From a virus (Duplodnaviria; Caudoviricetes), in the IMG/VR virus record IMGVR_UViG_3300049926_000027, positions 1 through 35,892 of that record: a stretch of DNA of 35,892 nucleotides; one strand, written 5' to 3'. The notes under the pieces were generated by a model, which had not been told where the DNA came from, searched no databases, and saw only the letters and a list, made by a program, of their open reading frames with translations. Shown in pieces: positions 31,406 to 35,892 of this stretch. The position numbers and the translations under genes are program-made. How positions within the stretch are numbered: the first letter of the stretch is position 1; the number at the start of each line of letters is the position of its first letter.

Positions 31406-32028
31406 GCGCTGATCGCGTAGGCGGTGGATGGCCAGTACCGGAAGACGGTCTGGGGGATCCAGTCGAACGTGAACCCAGCCGCGTAGAGGCGCTGCCAGAA
31501 GTCCCGATCGGCCGGCAGCGTGCGACGCCACGTATCGGCTTCCAGGCGCATCTCGCCGAGCCGCTCGAGGTCGATGAGCGCCGCCCCGCACGGGAACGCG
31601 TAGAACTCGCCCAGCGGTGGGAGCCATGACAGCCACTCGCCGTCACGTTGGCGGACCGACGACACACCGTAGACAACGTCGGCCACGGGTCCGCCCAGCA
31701 ATGCGGGAAGAGCACCCTCGGCGAGCTCGTCGTCGTCGCCCATGATGAGGAGCCGGTCACCAGCCGCCGCGTCGATGCCCCGGTTGATCGCCCGGACTCC
31801 CTGCGTGTGCCATCGGAAGAGCGGTTCGGTCGGATAGCGCGGGCGCGGGATGGCGAAGAACCGGATACGCGGGTCCATCGCGCGGAGATCACGAGCAAAG
31901 GCGGCGGTCTCCGGACCGTCCGAGACGACCACGACTTCGAGGTCCGCATCCTGCGAGAGCACAGACGGCAAGGCGCGCTCGGTGAGCAGCTCGTGGCGCT
32001 GCCAGGTCGGGATGACGACGGAGATCAC
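31402..32028 (-). CDS. GT2-family glycosyltransferase
   Basis: ISVVIPT..R, VVVVSDG, N.G..AA.G..L.IMGDDD, AD.DFW. Confidence 0.9.
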   Translation of the reverse strand: MISVVIPTWQRHELLTERALPSVLSQDADLEVVVVSDGPETAAFARDLRAMDPRIRFFAIPRPRYPTEPLFRWHTQGVRAINRGIDAAAGDRLLIMGDDDELAEGALPALLGGPVADVVYGVSSVRQRDGEWLSWLPPLGEFYAFPCGAALIDLERLGEMRLEADTWRRTLPADRDFWQRLYAAGFTFDWIPQTVFRYWPSTAYAISA

Positions 32029-32282
32029 TTGAGCGTCCGCCGACTGATGATCTGGGCCGCCGGAATGACGTGAGCCCCGACCACGTTGCCGCCCTGACTC
32101 AACGCGGCGGCGAGAACGATGCCCTTCTTGTTGTCGCGGAGGACGTAGCCGACCGACCGCTGGTTGATATCCCGCACCTGACCCATGACGGCCGAGTGCG
32201 CCTCCCAGCCGCCAGTGAACAGGAGGCAGTCCGCCCAGATGACCTCGACTAGCGGCAACCGCTTACGGAATCGCTTGCTCAC
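32025..32282 (-). CDS. small conserved phage protein
   Basis: LVEVIWADC...W...SVGY...IP..I pattern. Confidence 0.7.
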   Translation of the reverse strand: MSKRFRKRLPLVEVIWADCLLFTGGWEAHSAVMGQVRDINQRSVGYVLRDNKKGIVLAAALSQGGNVVGAHVIPAAQIISRRTLK

Positions 32283-32857
32283 GCGTACACCACGACGCGC
32301 TCACAGTTGCAGCCGGGGTGACGGTAGATGTCTTCGTCGAAGGTGTGAAACCCGGCGTTGCCAGCGCAGGCGTCCGACGGGGCGGACGTAATCCCTTCCC
32401 AGCCAGTCGCCCGCGACCTCTGAGCATCGATCTCGCGGTCCACGACACGGGTGATCTCGTTGTCGGCCATCCGGTCCACGAAGTAGGCGCCGGTCACGTT
32501 GACCGCGTCGACCGGGTCTGCACCCTTGGCGATCGCCCCGAGGATGAACGGCGCGATCCCGGTCAGGGCCTCAGTGATCGTGCCCGCCTTCGATGTGCCG
32601 GCGAGGTTCGCCACGGGCAGCGGATCGAAGCCAGCGACCCCCCGCAGGTAGCCACGGGTCAGGGTCTGAGCGGCGCCCTGACCGGCTGAGATGTGCCGAG
32701 CGGCCAGCGGGACGAACGCGGCGAAGCTCGCCTCGATGTCAGCCTCGGTCATCGTCCGACCGTAGCTCGCGGCAAGTCGGCGCTGAGTCTCTTCCCGGAC
32801 GCCACGAAGCCGCGCTCGGTAATTCTGGGTGATGAGGTCAGGCCGCGGGCTTGGCAC
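32279..32857 (-). CDS. minor head / MuF-like morphogenesis protein
   Basis: After portal; C-terminal AC...RHPGCNC; GTG 32857. Confidence 0.65.
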   Translation of the reverse strand: MPSPRPDLITQNYRARLRGVREETQRRLAASYGRTMTEADIEASFAAFVPLAARHISAGQGAAQTLTRGYLRGVAGFDPLPVANLAGTSKAGTITEALTGIAPFILGAIAKGADPVDAVNVTGAYFVDRMADNEITRVVDREIDAQRSRATGWEGITSAPSDACAGNAGFHTFDEDIYRHPGCNCERVVVYA

Positions 32858-34295
32858 TGACCACCGTCGCTTCGTTGGCCGTTGGCGTCCCGACCGTGAC
32901 CGCTGCCAGCGGCTTGAGCGAAGGCGACGGCTCGGGGCGGAGCAACGCATCCTCGGCCTGGATCGTCTTCCACCGGGCGATCTCGGTCGGCGTGGCGCCC
33001 CAGCGCTCCCACAGGACTTCGTCGGGGACGCCGAGCGACGCCATCTTGACCAGCGCGTCGACGTGCTCGGCCTCGGTCCGGCTCTCGGGGTCGGCCCAGA
33101 TGGTCTCCGAGTCGATGATGAGCCCACGCGGGTCGTCGAGCGCCCGGAACGCGAGCCGGACCGCCTCTTCCCAGGCCTCACCGAAGTGCCGTTGCTTACG
33201 TCGGGCCTTGGCAACGAGCCCGGTCTCCGTGGCCTTGAGCGATTCGCCAGACGGGAACGAGCCGGACTGACCGAGCAGGTAATGCGGCGGGGTATGCGAC
33301 CGGGACGCCATGTGCTGGATGAACGTCTCGATCGCCGCCACGAACGGCTTGAGGTCCGTCGCCTCGAAGCTGCCGAACCGGGCATCGGGGACCGCCGTCG
33401 AGATGAACCGGGTGATCTCGGACTCGTAGCTGCCGATGGGCTTGTGGGTGACCGGATCCTCGGGGATCTCGATACCGCTCGCCCATTTCTGACGGAACGC
33501 TGCGTACTCGGCGGCGACGAGCATGTCCATCAAGGTCTTGTTGAGCGCGTTCTGGATCGGGATCAGGTCGATGATCTCGGATTCGCCATTGCCGCGGAGG
33601 CGCGGCCGATTCACGAGCGGGATGATGGGCACGATGCCGAGCGGATTCGGGAGCGGCCACGCCTCGCCCGCGATCTGGCGCGGCTCCCAGCCACCGAGGA
33701 CGTAGTCGCGGCTGTACTGGTTCGCGAAACGGAGGATGCGCGACTGCTGGAACTTGACGACCTCGCCGGGTAGATACAGGGTCGCCAGCCAGCGCCCGTC
33801 GTCGTCCTTCCACTTCTTGAGCGCTGCCAGCCGCTTGCCGCGCTGCATCGACGAGCCGCGGACGATGACCTCGCAGGCATCCTCGATGGTGATGAGCGGG
33901 CTGTCGTCGGCCGGCCAGTCGTCCCGGAACGGCGAGACACCGATGTAGCTGGTCGCCTTGACGAGCGCCTCGGTGTGGGCGACCTGCGACCAGGCGTCGA
34001 GCTGGTTAACCTGCCAGATCCGCCAAGCATCCTCGTCGGCCTTCGTGTCCTTGTCGATGCCCATCCGGAAGCCCTGAACGGTCAGCCGCTCTTCGACCGC
34101 ATCCACGACGAGGGCGAGGAAGTTATCGCTGAACCCAGCGAAGAGCCGCCCGAACAGCCCGCGCCATTTGTCGGTGGCGAGCAACAGCGGCTGGCGGCCC
34201 TGATAGTAGGCATCGAGCATCGCGAGCTCGGTCTGGCGACCGTCGAGGCTCTTCTCCAGAGACGCGACGAGGGCGAGGTAGTCGGCCAGGGTCAC
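32838..34295 (-). CDS. portal protein (SPP1 gp6-like)
   Basis: YY.G.Q, NF..LVVDAVEERL, N.LG.VP, SGESLKA.E.GL; GTGA overlap with terL. Confidence 0.92.
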   Translation of the reverse strand: MTLADYLALVASLEKSLDGRQTELAMLDAYYQGRQPLLLATDKWRGLFGRLFAGFSDNFLALVVDAVEERLTVQGFRMGIDKDTKADEDAWRIWQVNQLDAWSQVAHTEALVKATSYIGVSPFRDDWPADDSPLITIEDACEVIVRGSSMQRGKRLAALKKWKDDDGRWLATLYLPGEVVKFQQSRILRFANQYSRDYVLGGWEPRQIAGEAWPLPNPLGIVPIIPLVNRPRLRGNGESEIIDLIPIQNALNKTLMDMLVAAEYAAFRQKWASGIEIPEDPVTHKPIGSYESEITRFISTAVPDARFGSFEATDLKPFVAAIETFIQHMASRSHTPPHYLLGQSGSFPSGESLKATETGLVAKARRKQRHFGEAWEEAVRLAFRALDDPRGLIIDSETIWADPESRTEAEHVDALVKMASLGVPDEVLWERWGATPTEIARWKTIQAEDALLRPEPSPSLKPLAAVTVGTPTANEATVVSAKPAA

Positions 34296-35863
34296 GACAT
34301 CACCACCATGCGGCTCTTCGGGGGCTCGGCGGGCTTGTCGAACTCCACGGCAGCGAGTCCGTGGACCATCGATGCGGCGGTCAAAGCATCGACGACCCGG
34401 CGGTTCTGCTCGGCGCTGATCCGAGTCTGCGATGGTCGGTCGAACCGATGGTCGCCGTAGGGAAGCTGGCGGGCGATCGCGTTGAGGACGTGCGTCGTGA
34501 ACTCGGTATCGCCGGCGTGCTTGAGCCAGCCGTTGCGGAGCGCGTCCATGAACCGTTCGTAGTCCTGCGCGGCCCACGCGTTCGTCTGGGAACGGTCGAG
34601 CACGACGGCACCGATCTCCGAACTCAGCCACTGGGCGAGCTGCTCGGCCTTGCTCATATCCATGACGACGGTGTGGATCGGGTTCCGCTTGTGGATCTCG
34701 ATGACCGCGGCCTCGATCTTCCGGCCGTCAAGCATCGTGCCGTCACGGGGCGGAGTCAGGATCGTGGCGGGGCCGAAGAGCCGGTACTCTCTGTCGCGTG
34801 TCCAGAGCGGGACCATCGCCGTCGTGTCGTACTTCCACGCGACGTCGAGCCCAAGCCAGACCGGCTGGCCCTTCGGGATCTGGTCCGTCGTCTCGGCGTT
34901 AGCCCATTCGATCTCAGTGATCGCCACGTCCTGCTCGCGGGTCGGCCGGTTGCAGACGTAACGCAGCCAGTGCTGCATCGTCATCGTCGGGCTGTTGAAC
35001 TTCTCTTCGAGCATCTCGACCGTGATGCCCGAGAACGGGTTGGCGGCCTTGACCGCTACGAAATCATCGGGCTGGGCATCCGGCGCGAGCGCCCATTCGT
35101 GCAGCACCACCCGGGGCGAGCGCGCTCGGATGAACGAGCCTCGCCGGGTGATCTCGGTCGCGCCCTTGCGGATCGCCTCGCGGGTGACCTCGAAATCCGA
35201 CCCTGGCTCGCCCGATGTCGAGATAGCCGCGATCTGTCCGCCGCGCTTGGTGATCTTGCCCGCCCACGTCCGGTACAGCGAGAGGTCCCGCTGGCGATGC
35301 GGCTCATCGATCATCCCGAGCGTCGGAATGATGCCGTCGCCGGTCCGGTCGTCCGCGGCGAACACCTGGATGCGCCCGCCGGCGAAGTGATTGATCCGCC
35401 GGTACCCCTCGAGACACAGGAACCGCGGTACGTCGGTCTTGCGCTTGCCCTTGGCCGCCTGGATCGGCGAGTGAACCGAGGCATACAACCGTTCGGACCG
35501 GAGAACGAAGCCCTCAGCTTGGCGGTACAGGATCTCGGCCTGCTCGCGAGACGCGGCGGCGACGGGGACCGAGGCGTGGGCACGATGGTCGCAGTGGTAG
35601 AGCGCGACACCCGCGAGCGACGTCGTCTTGGTATTGCCCTCGGGGATGATGAGCCAGCACTCGGGACACCCTGAGAACAAGTCCTCAACGAACTCCTCGA
35701 TGAAGTCCTCGGGGTGCCACGACTCGCCCGTGTCGAGGATCAGGTCAGCAGCCCACGACCGGAAGTGCGGGAGCGTGAACGGCCCGTACGTCACGTGAGC
35801 GGGCTCAACCGCTCCTCGTGGCTTGGCGAGGCGCGTAGGGGCAACTGGCAGGGCTAGGACCAC
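34292..35863 (-). CDS. terL: terminase large subunit
   Basis: Walker A variant PEGNTKTT, AASREQA, Walker B MIDEPH, ISTSG, RuvC-like GLDVA...D. Confidence 0.93.
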   Translation of the reverse strand: MVLALPVAPTRLAKPRGAVEPAHVTYGPFTLPHFRSWAADLILDTGESWHPEDFIEEFVEDLFSGCPECWLIIPEGNTKTTSLAGVALYHCDHRAHASVPVAAASREQAEILYRQAEGFVLRSERLYASVHSPIQAAKGKRKTDVPRFLCLEGYRRINHFAGGRIQVFAADDRTGDGIIPTLGMIDEPHRQRDLSLYRTWAGKITKRGGQIAAISTSGEPGSDFEVTREAIRKGATEITRRGSFIRARSPRVVLHEWALAPDAQPDDFVAVKAANPFSGITVEMLEEKFNSPTMTMQHWLRYVCNRPTREQDVAITEIEWANAETTDQIPKGQPVWLGLDVAWKYDTTAMVPLWTRDREYRLFGPATILTPPRDGTMLDGRKIEAAVIEIHKRNPIHTVVMDMSKAEQLAQWLSSEIGAVVLDRSQTNAWAAQDYERFMDALRNGWLKHAGDTEFTTHVLNAIARQLPYGDHRFDRPSQTRISAEQNRRVVDALTAASMVHGLAAVEFDKPAEPPKSRMVVMS

Positions 35864-35892
35864 AGGGTGCCCGAATATCTCTCGCGAAAAAC

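Noticed and set aside
32838-34631. Extended N-termini in the ORF track (portal 597 aa, GT 393 aa, adaptor 303 aa, etc.)
   Set aside because: The extensions overlap upstream genes; true starts were reassigned to ATGA/GTGA-coupled codons.

Overview
A near-complete or complete ~36 kb GC-rich temperate siphovirus genome. The host cannot be determined from sequence alone; the gene style resembles phages of Actinomycetota or Chloroflexota (inference). Almost all genes are on the minus strand and are chained by ATGA/GTGA overlaps. Minus-strand order: terminase large subunit, portal, head module with three inserted glycosyltransferases, neck, tail tube, frameshifted tail chaperone, tape measure, hub/beta-helix tail spike and fibre. 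Next comes an immunity island with a plus-strand membrane GT-C glycosyltransferase, a stand-alone PAS-domain gene and a divergent cI/cro pair. Then follow an early operon (annealase-SSB fusion, replication initiator, HNHs, RlpA-like protein, nucleotidyltransferase, xis, int), an intact attP-like site, a lysis cassette (LuxR HTH, C39-like peptidase, holin, micro-ORFs) and two HNH genes. The left end carries an Illumina adapter remnant. The most striking unexplained signal is four sequence-unrelated H-type RNA pseudoknots or bistable leaders sitting at or next to ribosome-binding sites (rep initiator, an early gene, the PAS gene, major capsid). All calls come from motif reading by eye; no database search or folding program was run.
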